From the IMG/VR virus record IMGVR_UViG_3300027278_000011: DNA of 64,000 bases; one strand, 5' to 3'. This DNA is from an uncultured virus (IMG/VR IMGVR_UViG_3300027278_000011). Taxonomy: Duplodnaviria; Heunggongvirae; Uroviricota; Caudoviricetes; Schitoviridae. The translations under genes and the position numbers were made by a program. The notes beneath the pieces are model-generated. The model saw only the letters and a program-made list of their open reading frames with translations. It had not been told where the DNA came from and made no database searches. This document shows positions 36,907 through 46,700 of this stretch, piece after piece. How positions within the stretch are numbered: the stretch's first letter is position 1; every line of letters begins with the position of its first letter.

Positions 36907-37566
36907 ATGAGCACCGAAGACCTGAACCAAGAACAAAGTAATGACCTGCAGATGCCAACTGAAATGGATCTGCTGAAACAGCGTGCCACGCTGATGGGCA
37001 TTGCCTTCTCCAACAACATCGGTGAAGAAACCCTGCGTCAGCGTATTGCTGACAAACAAGCTGAGCTGGATGCTGCTGCATCTGGTGAACAGAACAACCA
37101 GGAAGAAGAGGAAGAGCAGCCGGGGCAGAAAGAAGTGAACGCCCTGGAATCTGCTACCGCTTCTACCCAAGAAGCCACCAATGAACGTCCGCTGACTCTG
37201 CGTGAGAAAATCCGCCTTGAGCAACTGCGTCTGGTGCGTGTTCGCATCACCTGTCTCGATCCGAAGAAAAAGGATCTGCCCGGTGAAATTCTGACTGTTG
37301 CCAACGAGTATCTGGGCACTGTCCGTAAGTTCATCCCTTTCGGTGAAGTCACCGATGACGGCTACCACATCCCGTACTGCCTGTACAAAATGCTGGATGC
37401 CCGGAAGTTCCTGAACATTCGTACCTTCAAGGATCGCCGTACCGGCACTGTGCGAGTGGAGAGTGGCTACGTCAAAGAGTTCGCTCTGGAAATTCTCGAT
37501 CCCCTCACTCCCGCTGAACTGGCCAAGTTGGCCAATGCCCAAAAAGCTGCTGGCAGTGTCGAGTAA
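36907..37566 (+). CDS. Structural/assembly protein (N4 gp55-like)
   Basis: LKQRATLMGI, LVRVRITCLDPKKKDLPGEI..N, LDPLT..EL. Confidence 0.75.
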   Translation: MSTEDLNQEQSNDLQMPTEMDLLKQRATLMGIAFSNNIGEETLRQRIADKQAELDAAASGEQNNQEEEEEQPGQKEVNALESATASTQEATNERPLTLREKIRLEQLRLVRVRITCLDPKKKDLPGEILTVANEYLGTVRKFIPFGEVTDDGYHIPYCLYKMLDARKFLNIRTFKDRRTGTVRVESGYVKEFALEILDPLTPAELAKLANAQKAAGSVE

Positions 37567-37587
37567 TCCTCACCTGTAGTAGTGTAA

Positions 37588-37621
37588 AGCGGCCCGTTAT
37601 AATGACGGGCCGTTTCATTTT
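37588..37621 (+). terminator. Rho-independent terminator
   Basis: GGCCCGTT-ATAAT-GACGGGCC followed by GTTTCATTTT. Confidence 0.7.
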
Positions 37622-37638
37622 ACCAAGAGGAAAAGCAG

Positions 37639-38496
37639 ATGAGCTGTGGTGTAGAACTAGAAGCAAACAAACTCATCCAAGATCTCACTGCTAATGACGA
37701 TTTTTCGATCCCAGAGATTGACCTATCTGGGTCTCAGTATCAGTTTCCATTTGGATCTGACAGTGCCCTGTACAAGCCTGTTGCCCCAATCACTCTGGCA
37801 CAACTGACCGAACGTAAGGTTGGGGGCAATGGTGCCTTCGATGCCCTGATGGAAGGCATGGGTGCCCACCTAAAGGCCGAGTACGAGAAGGGCCGTATCA
37901 CCGGTGCAGAGTACACTAAGGCATACATCGCTCTCACTGAAGGTGCGATGAGCAATGCTGTCTCCTTTCTGATCAACCGTGATCAAGCCTTCTGGCAAGC
38001 ACAGAACGCACAGGTACAAGCTATTACTGCCTTGGTTCAGCTTGAGACTGCCAAAGTGCAATTGGCCGCTGTACAGTTGGAAGCCATGAACCAACGAGCG
38101 AATTACGCACTGACCAAGATTCGTCTGGCCGGTGAATCCGTGGCGTACTGCACCGCACAGTTCAACCTGAACGACATGCTGCCTGCACAGCTTCTGTTGA
38201 ATGAAGTGCAGCGCAAGATGGTGTCCGAACAGATGGAAGCTCAACGTGCTCAGACCATGAACACTCGTACTGACGGTACGCAGATTGTTGGTGTGTTGGG
38301 CAAACAGAAAGATCTGTACAGTCAGCAGATCACCAGCTACATGCGTGATTCGGAGAACAAGGCAGCACGTCTGTTCACCGATGCTTGGATCACCATGAAG
38401 ACGATTGATGAAGGTTTGACCCCACCGACTAACTTCCAGAATGCCAGCGTTGATCAAGTGCTGGGCACTGTGAAGTCCAACAACAATCTGGGTTGA
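37639..38496 (+). CDS. Virion structural protein (N4 gp54-like)
   Basis: GAFDALM..HLKAEYEKGRITGAEY; GVLGKQKDLYSQQI..Y.RD. Confidence 0.8.
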   Translation: MSCGVELEANKLIQDLTANDDFSIPEIDLSGSQYQFPFGSDSALYKPVAPITLAQLTERKVGGNGAFDALMEGMGAHLKAEYEKGRITGAEYTKAYIALTEGAMSNAVSFLINRDQAFWQAQNAQVQAITALVQLETAKVQLAAVQLEAMNQRANYALTKIRLAGESVAYCTAQFNLNDMLPAQLLLNEVQRKMVSEQMEAQRAQTMNTRTDGTQIVGVLGKQKDLYSQQITSYMRDSENKAARLFTDAWITMKTIDEGLTPPTNFQNASVDQVLGTVKSNNNLG

Positions 38497-38500
38497 TCTT

Positions 38501-41206
38501 ATGGGCTGGTTTAGCGGCAAAAAGAAAATCTACGTGTCCTCCTCCACCTACAACTTGGCGGGGGACATCAAGGATCGTATTCGCTATTTACCTACGATCA
38601 TTGCGGGACATGTGATCACTGGCTCCAAAAACACAATGACGCAATCCATTGTGGGTAGCTTGCTGAACGGCCCGGCCATTCGTCTTCGGGCGTTTGGCCG
38701 CTGGGCGCGTTACAGCGGGTATAACAATGCTGTTGGTTGGACTCCAGGGAAAATCCGTACTGTGGTTGAACTGGATGAGGGGGTGATCATCCCTGAACTA
38801 CCAGCCCCACCTGGGTCTACCGTATCCATTCAGTCTGCTGAGGTGGACATCTGTGAATACGAATACTGGGTTGACCAGTACATCTCAGAGAACATGCCTG
38901 CTCGATTGGCTGAGGATTACGAATATGATTTCGATGAAGATCTGAATATCATCGCTGTCTACTTCCCCAATGGAGATACCTTCACTTTTTCCCCAGCAAA
39001 CTTTGACATTTATGGTGACTACCTTTACGTGCTGTACAACTACAGCTATCAGGATGTACCTGGTGTTTTAATCCCTGGGCCAAACATCACAGTACCAAAT
39101 GCTGCTGCATTCCCCTCTACTACAGGGTGGACATTTGCGGGCAGTACGTCAGTGAACGAAAGTGTCACGTTGGTAGAAACAACCACCGTAGATGTGACCT
39201 ACTCGGACAGCACACCTTCTGAACATTCTGTGTCCAACACAAATAGTCCGAGCAATTACATTCGCTACGACGAGGAGTGGGGTAAAGTTGAGTTCTCGGG
39301 GCAAGATCCTGCACAAGATCGTCTGACCCAAAATCGTCAGGAAATGCACACTGTCCGAACCAAGAAGATTGTCACCACCACAGCAAGTGACACTGTGGTC
39401 ACTGACATGGGAGGAGGTGTCACTAAAACCACCGTGACTACAGTAGAAAGTCAGGCATTAGAAGATGCCTTTTTCTATCATGTGGACACTGCGGTTGACA
39501 CCCTAAAAGGGTGGTCTGACCCCAAAGTATTCATTTATCAACTTGGTTCCGGTAATGCACAACTGGATACCCAGTTCGGTGTGGCATCCGAAATGTCAGG
39601 CAGTTTTTTACCGTTTATTCCTGTGCGCAGAAAGGAACGAACACTTTCACCAACGTACAAGCCTGAGTTGTTTGATTGGGCAAAGAAGGCCATGAAAAAG
39701 GCCACTAAGTCCAAGCTCACTGACATCATCAAAGAGCTGCACAAGAGTAACGATGTGGGTGACATTGACTATGCCTACGTCATGTTTGGGGTTGCCCTGA
39801 ATACCCCAGACGAAGGTGCTCGTGAATACCTGTTTCGGTTCTTCGAATACCTTTACGAAGCAGCTCACACTGGCATGAGCGAAGCTAGCTACAACGCATG
39901 GAAAGCTGCATGGCATGTGGCAGATCAGTCCAAACTTGATTGGCTCACATGGAAAGAGGCCCAGTCAAATCCGGCTGATCCTCTGTATGGCACCCCAGAT
40001 CCTCAATTCATGCGGTATCCGCCTTTACCTGGTACAACAATCAGCCTGCGTTCCGATTCCCTGAACTTCAATATCGCTATCAGTTTCAGCAGCATCTCTG
40101 AATTTAGTGGGGTTGGGCGAGGTAAGGTTGGTGCTCGCCCTGGTGACTGCTGGATAGTTGCTGGTGCTGATTATGTATTTGAGTACACCTACAACGGTTC
40201 TATGTCAGGACTGTTAGCGCATATTGCCTACACTGATCCACATGGGAAAGTGTCGGTTTATCGACAAGAAACAGAAGACACCTATGTTGGTTTTACTATT
40301 AACAACCTGAAACACCGCAACACGATATACAAAGGCAAAGGTGTTTCCATCGGTTCCAAGAAAGCCTTGGATGACTCCGAAGAATCTGGCTTCGTCATTC
40401 CGTTGCATGAAGATATTTTCAAAAGAATGTCTCTGGTTAATGCAACACAATCATCGTTTGGTAACTCGTATCTGCTGATCAACTGCTACGAAGTAGTGAA
40501 GCAAAAGTGGTATCAGACCGGCGCATTCAAGATTGTGCTGATCATCATTGTGATCATCATCAGTGTCTTCACCTATGGTGCGGGGGCTGGTGCTGGTGCT
40601 GGTGCTGGTTTACTTGGTACTGCTGCATCCGTTGGTGCTGCTCTCGGTTTTGCCGGCACAATGGCCATTGTGGTGGGCACCATTGCAAATGCCCTGGCTG
40701 CAATGATGTTGAGTAAACTGATCATGGTTGCATCGACTGCGATTTTCGGTGAGAAAGTCGGCCTAATCATCGGCACCATTGCTTCCATTATTGCTTTGAA
40801 CGTCGGCACAAGCATGGCCAACGGTGGCTCTATGGCTACTGGCTTTAGTAACATGACCCGTGCAGACAACCTGATAAAGTTGTCGATGGCTGCCGGAGAT
40901 GCTTACACCAAGTACATGCAGATGTCTGCTGCTGGTGTGAATCAAGAAACACAGACTCTTGCTGCGGAGTATGAGAAACGCTCTGATGAAGTCATGGAGA
41001 TGTGGGAAAAGACCTTCGGTTTCGGTGACATCAATATTGATCCACTGAACCTGACCAGCGTTTTCCGTGATCCCGTCTATGTCCCTGAAGCTCCAGATGG
41101 TTTCCTGTCACGTACCCTCATGACAGGCAACGACATCGCTGATCTCAGCTTGGACATGCTCACCAATTTCGCAGACACTACTCTGCAAACGAATCTCCCA
41201 ATTTGA
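38501..41206 (+). CDS. Virion/tail protein (N4 gp53-like) with hydrophobic C-terminal region
   Basis: MGWFSGKKKIYVSSSTYNLAG; YEVVKQKWYQTG then long hydrophobic, Gly-rich segment; FLSRTLMTG. Confidence 0.8.
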   Translation: MGWFSGKKKIYVSSSTYNLAGDIKDRIRYLPTIIAGHVITGSKNTMTQSIVGSLLNGPAIRLRAFGRWARYSGYNNAVGWTPGKIRTVVELDEGVIIPELPAPPGSTVSIQSAEVDICEYEYWVDQYISENMPARLAEDYEYDFDEDLNIIAVYFPNGDTFTFSPANFDIYGDYLYVLYNYSYQDVPGVLIPGPNITVPNAAAFPSTTGWTFAGSTSVNESVTLVETTTVDVTYSDSTPSEHSVSNTNSPSNYIRYDEEWGKVEFSGQDPAQDRLTQNRQEMHTVRTKKIVTTTASDTVVTDMGGGVTKTTVTTVESQALEDAFFYHVDTAVDTLKGWSDPKVFIYQLGSGNAQLDTQFGVASEMSGSFLPFIPVRRKERTLSPTYKPELFDWAKKAMKKATKSKLTDIIKELHKSNDVGDIDYAYVMFGVALNTPDEGAREYLFRFFEYLYEAAHTGMSEASYNAWKAAWHVADQSKLDWLTWKEAQSNPADPLYGTPDPQFMRYPPLPGTTISLRSDSLNFNIAISFSSISEFSGVGRGKVGARPGDCWIVAGADYVFEYTYNGSMSGLLAHIAYTDPHGKVSVYRQETEDTYVGFTINNLKHRNTIYKGKGVSIGSKKALDDSEESGFVIPLHEDIFKRMSLVNATQSSFGNSYLLINCYEVVKQKWYQTGAFKIVLIIIVIIISVFTYGAGAGAGAGAGLLGTAASVGAALGFAGTMAIVVGTIANALAAMMLSKLIMVASTAIFGEKVGLIIGTIASIIALNVGTSMANGGSMATGFSNMTRADNLIKLSMAAGDAYTKYMQMSAAGVNQETQTLAAEYEKRSDEVMEMWEKTFGFGDINIDPLNLTSVFRDPVYVPEAPDGFLSRTLMTGNDIADLSLDMLTNFADTTLQTNLPI

Positions 41207-41216
41207 TGGAGGGGAT

Positions 41217-41675
41217 ATGCAACCGACAAACGAATCTCTCTGGAGCCAACTGAGCGGACTTTTTGGTCTCAACAGTGGTGGTGCCCAGTCTTATCCAGCC
41301 GGTGATACCACTGCTGGTATGACCTATGGCACTGGTGGTGCCAATGGTGCCATGACTCAAGGTCAACTGGCCGACATGCTGAAAGGTCTGCAGGGTAACG
41401 GTGCAGGTACTGGGCTGGGCTTCAACATTGGCACTGGCCAGTTGGCTTTGGGTGGTCTGTCCTCTCTAGCCAATCTGTGGGGTGCCAATAAGCAAATGAA
41501 GTTGGCTGAAGATCAGTTCGATTTCACCAAGAAGATTGCCACCACCAACCTGAACAATCAGGTCAAGTCGTACAACACCGCGCTAGATGATCGCATTCGC
41601 TCCCGTGCTGCGATGGAAGGTTCCAGTTCTGCAGAGGCAGAGGCGTACCTAAACAAGAACCGACTGAGCGCATAA
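41217..41675 (+). CDS. Small ejection protein (N4 gp52-like)
   Basis: Gly-rich, Cys-free; NLNNQVKSYNTALDDRIRSR. Confidence 0.8.
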   Translation: MQPTNESLWSQLSGLFGLNSGGAQSYPAGDTTAGMTYGTGGANGAMTQGQLADMLKGLQGNGAGTGLGFNIGTGQLALGGLSSLANLWGANKQMKLAEDQFDFTKKIATTNLNNQVKSYNTALDDRIRSRAAMEGSSSAEAEAYLNKNRLSA

Positions 41676-41684
41676 GAGGTTTCA

Positions 41685-43640
41685 ATGGCCACTCTCACTT
41701 GGCGTAATGTCGATAACCCGAACTTCACTGGTGCGATGGCCGGGTATCGTTCGTCTGCTGAAATGTTGAACAACGCCTTCGATAACCTGCGTCAAGGCTT
41801 GGGTGATTTCCAAGCTCAACGCACTGCCGATGCTGACTCGCAAGTGCTGGCGAACTCGCTGCAGTTTTCCGATCCGGCTGCTTACCAGGAAGCTCTGAAG
41901 TCTGGTGCCATTCTTGGTGGCATCGACCCTACTCGTGTCTCCAGCCAGACCATGGGAGCACTCGCCTCCCGTGCCGGTACGCTGATCAACAACAGCGCAA
42001 ACGAGTACGACCTTAATCGAGCCAAGGAAACCAATGCAGCCATGGATGCTGCTCGTCCTGCTCTGGTAGCAATAGCTGAAGCCAATGCTTCTGGCGACCC
42101 TGCCAAGATTGCTGCTGCTCAACAGCAGTATGGGCCTCAACTAGCAAACCTACCTGCTGCCGACATCCTGAAGACCTACCTCACTGGACAGTCTCTGGAA
42201 TCTGGTAGTCTGCGTAATGACGCTACTCGCTTCACCAACGACACCACTGTGCGTAACGATGAGGACACTCAAGCAGCTACTGCTCTGGTGAACCAGATTC
42301 GTGAAAACAACATCACTGTGGACGGTGCTCGTCAGGAACTGCTAGCTGCTGACCTTTCTGCTGGTGCTCGTAGCAAGGCAACTGAGCTGCTGGGTGGCAT
42401 GTTCCCCGGTATGTTCGGCCCCATTGGTTCCACTCCTGGTGCTGCTCCTGGTGGTAGTAGTGGTGGTTCTGCTGCCTATGACACTGTGGTGGGCAATGGT
42501 CAGTTTGGTTCCCCGAGCCAACCACTGAGCAGCATGAGCATCGGCCAAGCTATTGAGTTTGGTCAGAATGTTCTGATCCCCGGCACCCGTGGTAATCGCC
42601 AGCTTGGTCTACCCGCAGACAAGGGCAGCAGTGCTATGGGTGCTTTCCAGATCACCCAAGAGACACTTCAGGATTACGCACCGAAGGCACTGGGGTCTGA
42701 CTGGCAAAAGCAACCCATGTCGGCAGCAAACCAGGACAAAATCGCTGAAGCCATCTTCAACGACCGGAAGCAGGGCAATCTGGCAGACACTTGGGTGTCC
42801 CTGCCTGACAAGACTCCCGGTGCCTATGCAGGCAAGTCCTGGGAAGAAATGCGTCAAGTCATTGCCCGTGGTGAAGTGGGTATGGAACTTCCGGGCATTG
42901 ATGACTTGTTGGCTGCATCTGCAAATGAAGTTGCTGCTGCACAGGGCCAACTCGGTTCCCGAGTCATGTCCAACAACGCTGCAGATGGTGCTGCTCAGGA
43001 TCTGGTAAATAACTTTGGCAGTAATGCCACTGTGGGTTCTGTCACTGATCAGCTTGTGAAGGGTGACTTTGCTGGGGCCGATGCGAACAAGGTTCGTAAC
43101 CAGATTCGCAGCATCATGCAGATGTCCGCTTCTAAGGAGTACGGTGGCACTGGTTCTCCCAGCATCAACGCTGCTCAGGCTGGTGCGATTCTTCAACGCA
43201 GTATTGCTACGTCCGATCCACTTGCTGCTGACGGCAACACCGGGTTTACCTCTTCTTGGTTTGCTGATGAGGTGGGTGTCAGTGACGATGATGTGGCTGC
43301 TGCTGTACGCAACTTTAACTCCGGTGGCAGTCTCGATGCTGCTCTGGAAAATCAGCAAGTAGCTCAAGTCAGTCAGATGCTGACCCAAGCGCAACAAGCC
43401 AGCCAGGGTGCGATGAATGACTTGGTGCAAGCTGCTCGACGTGCCCAGTCCCAACCGGGTGCCCGAGATGAGCTGCCTCAGTTCATCCAGCGTGTGCAGC
43501 AATCCAATCAACGTGTGCAGCGACTGCTGGACAGGCAACGTAGCAGTTCGCAATTTCAAGCAAACCGGGCTGCACCTCCAAATCAGATTCTTCCCACAGA
43601 GGAAGAACTCCAGGCTTTTCAGACTTGGGGACGCTACTAA
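41685..43640 (+). CDS. Ejection protein (N4 gp51-like) with lambda-lysozyme-like domain
   Basis: MATLTWRNV; YDTVVG, SSAMGAFQIT, NQDKIA, WVSLP; Cys-free. Confidence 0.8.
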   Translation: MATLTWRNVDNPNFTGAMAGYRSSAEMLNNAFDNLRQGLGDFQAQRTADADSQVLANSLQFSDPAAYQEALKSGAILGGIDPTRVSSQTMGALASRAGTLINNSANEYDLNRAKETNAAMDAARPALVAIAEANASGDPAKIAAAQQQYGPQLANLPAADILKTYLTGQSLESGSLRNDATRFTNDTTVRNDEDTQAATALVNQIRENNITVDGARQELLAADLSAGARSKATELLGGMFPGMFGPIGSTPGAAPGGSSGGSAAYDTVVGNGQFGSPSQPLSSMSIGQAIEFGQNVLIPGTRGNRQLGLPADKGSSAMGAFQITQETLQDYAPKALGSDWQKQPMSAANQDKIAEAIFNDRKQGNLADTWVSLPDKTPGAYAGKSWEEMRQVIARGEVGMELPGIDDLLAASANEVAAAQGQLGSRVMSNNAADGAAQDLVNNFGSNATVGSVTDQLVKGDFAGADANKVRNQIRSIMQMSASKEYGGTGSPSINAAQAGAILQRSIATSDPLAADGNTGFTSSWFADEVGVSDDDVAAAVRNFNSGGSLDAALENQQVAQVSQMLTQAQQASQGAMNDLVQAARRAQSQPGARDELPQFIQRVQQSNQRVQRLLDRQRSSSQFQANRAAPPNQILPTEEELQAFQTWGRY

Positions 43641-43667
43641 CTAAAACAATTTCGGTGCAGTAACTTT

Positions 43668-43690
43668 GCCCTACTTCGGTAGGGCTTTTT
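43668..43690 (+). terminator. Rho-independent terminator
   Basis: GCCCTAC-TTCG-GTAGGGC-TTTTT. Confidence 0.85.
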
Positions 43691-43755
43691 ATTTCCGGTA
43701 GAGTACAATTCAGGTAGAGTCGCACCTCAAACATACATTGCAATAGGGCATCTTC

Positions 43756-46700
43756 ATGGCCGATCTGAACGACCTCCTCTCGCAAGCTGCCGGTACTCCT
43801 TCCACACAGCCGTCCATGTCTCTTCTTGATGAGAAAAAGGCTGCTGTATCTATGGCTGCTGACGAGAAGAAGGCCAGCATGGGTGGTACTGGTTTGTCTG
43901 ACTACGACATGGCAACTGGCCGTATGTACGGTCGTGTTCCTCAGAATGTGTCTGATGTTGAACGGGATCTGATGACGATGGATGCGTCGAACCTGTACGG
44001 CAAGTACGGCTCCGCAGCATCCGAACTTCTGGCTCAACGCAATGCGGCCAATCGTCAAGTGACCCAAGATGCCACCAGCGATTGGAATGGCACTCTCAGT
44101 CAGGTCGGTACTGACGTAAACGATCTGGTGTCTGGCTATGGTCTAGCTCTTGGTAGTCTGGCTGCTCTAGGTGTCGGTCTAGTCAATGATGATGCTGGTA
44201 CAGCTATGGCCTCTGGCTTGGCTGACGCTAGTAAGTGGGCCAACAGTCTGCAATCTGATGAGCGTCAGGGTCGCCGTAATGTGGCTGAATCACTGAACCG
44301 TTTGGACGCCCGAGACATCCAAGCTCAGATGGAGAAGGATGTTGAAACTGACGGTGAGCTGATGGCCAGTCTGAAAGCCATTGGTCGTCAGGCGTACTCC
44401 GCTGTTTCCAATGCCACTGAAGACGACACCAACCTGATTGGCGGATCTATTCAGGCACTTGGTTCCTTATTGGCTGCTGGCCCTGTGACTAAGGGTTTGA
44501 AGGCTGTTGGTGGTTTGGCTGTGGCCAACAACACTGGTCGGGCCACTGTTTTGGCTGCTGAGATGGGCAACCCTGCAGCTCGTGCTGCTGTGACTATGGC
44601 AGAAAATGCTCCCGTTCTGACTGCTATTGGCGGTCTGGAAGCGGGGGGTGCGTATCAGCAAATCACCTCTGATGTGATGGGCCGTGATTTCGATACCCTC
44701 TATGCAGAGTCTCCACAGTTCCGTGAACTGGTAGACGGTGGCATGGAGCCTGCTGATGCACAGATTCAAGTAGCTTCTGATGCAGGCAAGATGGCTGCTG
44801 CTATCACTGCACCCATCGCTGCTGCTACTGGCACTCTAGTCAGGGGTTTTGAGGCCAATCCTCTGGCCCGTACCAATGCCAGTCAGATGCTGTCGAACCT
44901 GTTCAGAGAGCCAGTAGAAGAAGCGATCCAGGGTGGTACTTCTCAACTGGCTCAGAACTATTCCGAAAGCAAGACTGCCAACGAGAATCAAGAACTGGTT
45001 GAGAACGTCGGTCGTCAGATCGGTGAAGGTGCCCTGTACTCCGTTGGTTCCACGGCTGTTACCCAGATCCCCAACGCCGCTGCTCAGGTTGCTTCTACTG
45101 CCAGCAAGACAGCTATGGGTGCTCTGCGTGCCAATGCAGAATCCCGCAACAAGGCAAATGAGGCTACTTCGCCGGTATCGGATGAAACTGTGGCTGCTGC
45201 TGTGGTAGAAGCTACCGCCAATGCTGCTCAGGATGAGCAAGCCATGCACCAAGCAGTTGCCTCTATGGAAGGCACTGATGAGCAGAAGGATCGTGCCAGC
45301 ACCTACGTCAATACGGTGATGGATTCGATTAAATTCAACGAAGATGACCTGCTTGCTATCAGCCCAAGTGCCCAGATTCGTAGTGCCCTGGTTGGCTCTA
45401 AAAACCGTCTGGAAGCAGTACAACGTCTGACTGACATGGTGGCTTCGACTGAGCCAGCTAGCCCTGAGCACCTGCGTGCTGGCTTCGCACTCTACGAGAT
45501 GCTTGGCCCATTGCAGAATGCTCTGGAATCCAACTCTGAACAGGCTGATGCTGTTCTGCCGGATTCTCCGGTAGGTAAAGTTTTGGCTGGCTACGAAGCC
45601 GTATTGACTGGCATTCAGAACAGCCCGAAAGTGCTTCAAGCTCTGCAGCAAATGCAGGCTGCAGTTGAACGTCGTGCTGCTCAGCCTACTGCTGAGATCA
45701 CTGATGCCACCATCGAAACCACTGTCGGTCAGCAGGCAGCTCAGGACACTATCGACATCGCTCAAGTGGCCCCAGACAAAGCCAGCTTACGTGCTACTGA
45801 ACAGGTTCTGTTCCAGGTGAGCCAAGGCAAGCTGCAGGTCACTCCTCAGCAGAAAGCTGCCTTGGATAGCACTGTTGCACTACTTCGTGCTGCTCAAGCT
45901 GCAGATGCGGAAGCAGCTCAGCTTGGCCTTTCTGACAAGACCAGCAAGGTCACTCGCAACATTCAGAGCGAAGACAGTGAAAAAGGGGAATCTGCGTTGC
46001 AGCACTCCCAAGGCATCATGTCGGCATGGAAGGCGGGCAACTTTGACCTCGCACGAGATCGTCTCGTCCATTTGGGCGAGTTGGTTCAACACATGAAGAA
46101 CAAGGTCTCGGCCCTGAACACACATGTGCTGGCCGGAAACTCGAATGCAAGCGGACTCCAGTATCAGGCGCTTACTTCCGACCGGAAGTGGGTGCCCTCT
46201 AACCTGAAAATGTTCGTCAACTTTGGTAGCAAGAAATCTATTCAGCAGGCCCAGCAAATTGGTTCTGATGCGACGTTCCTTGCCAATGTTTTCAATGGCT
46301 TGACTACCGCTTTTCCCAATCTTGGTGTTCCGCATGTTGATGTCACTCCGCTGGATTCTTCACTCAACGCTTCGGCTGATGAAATCCTATCGGCTTACAA
46401 AGCCAGCCGGGCGAAAGCCCCTACAGTGGATGCTACCACTACTGTGCCTGTCGAAACCTCAACTCAGACCGGATATGAATCCTTGTCTGATGAGGAGCTT
46501 AATGCACAACTGAACAATGCGTTTGATGCAGTTCGTGCTGATCCTCGTGATCGTCAAACTCGTACCATCTTCGATGCCCTGGATGAGGAAATGACTCGTC
46601 GTGAGGACATTGCTGCGGCTCAGAACCAACTGGAAGAGGAGGAGGGGCGAGTTCTGCTAGAAGCTCAGCAGGCTGCTAAACCAGCTCCTGCCCCAGTAAC

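Noticed and set aside
43695..43712. TACAAT -10 box before vRNAP
   Set aside because: No recognisable -35 element; plausible as an activator-dependent late promoter but unsupported.
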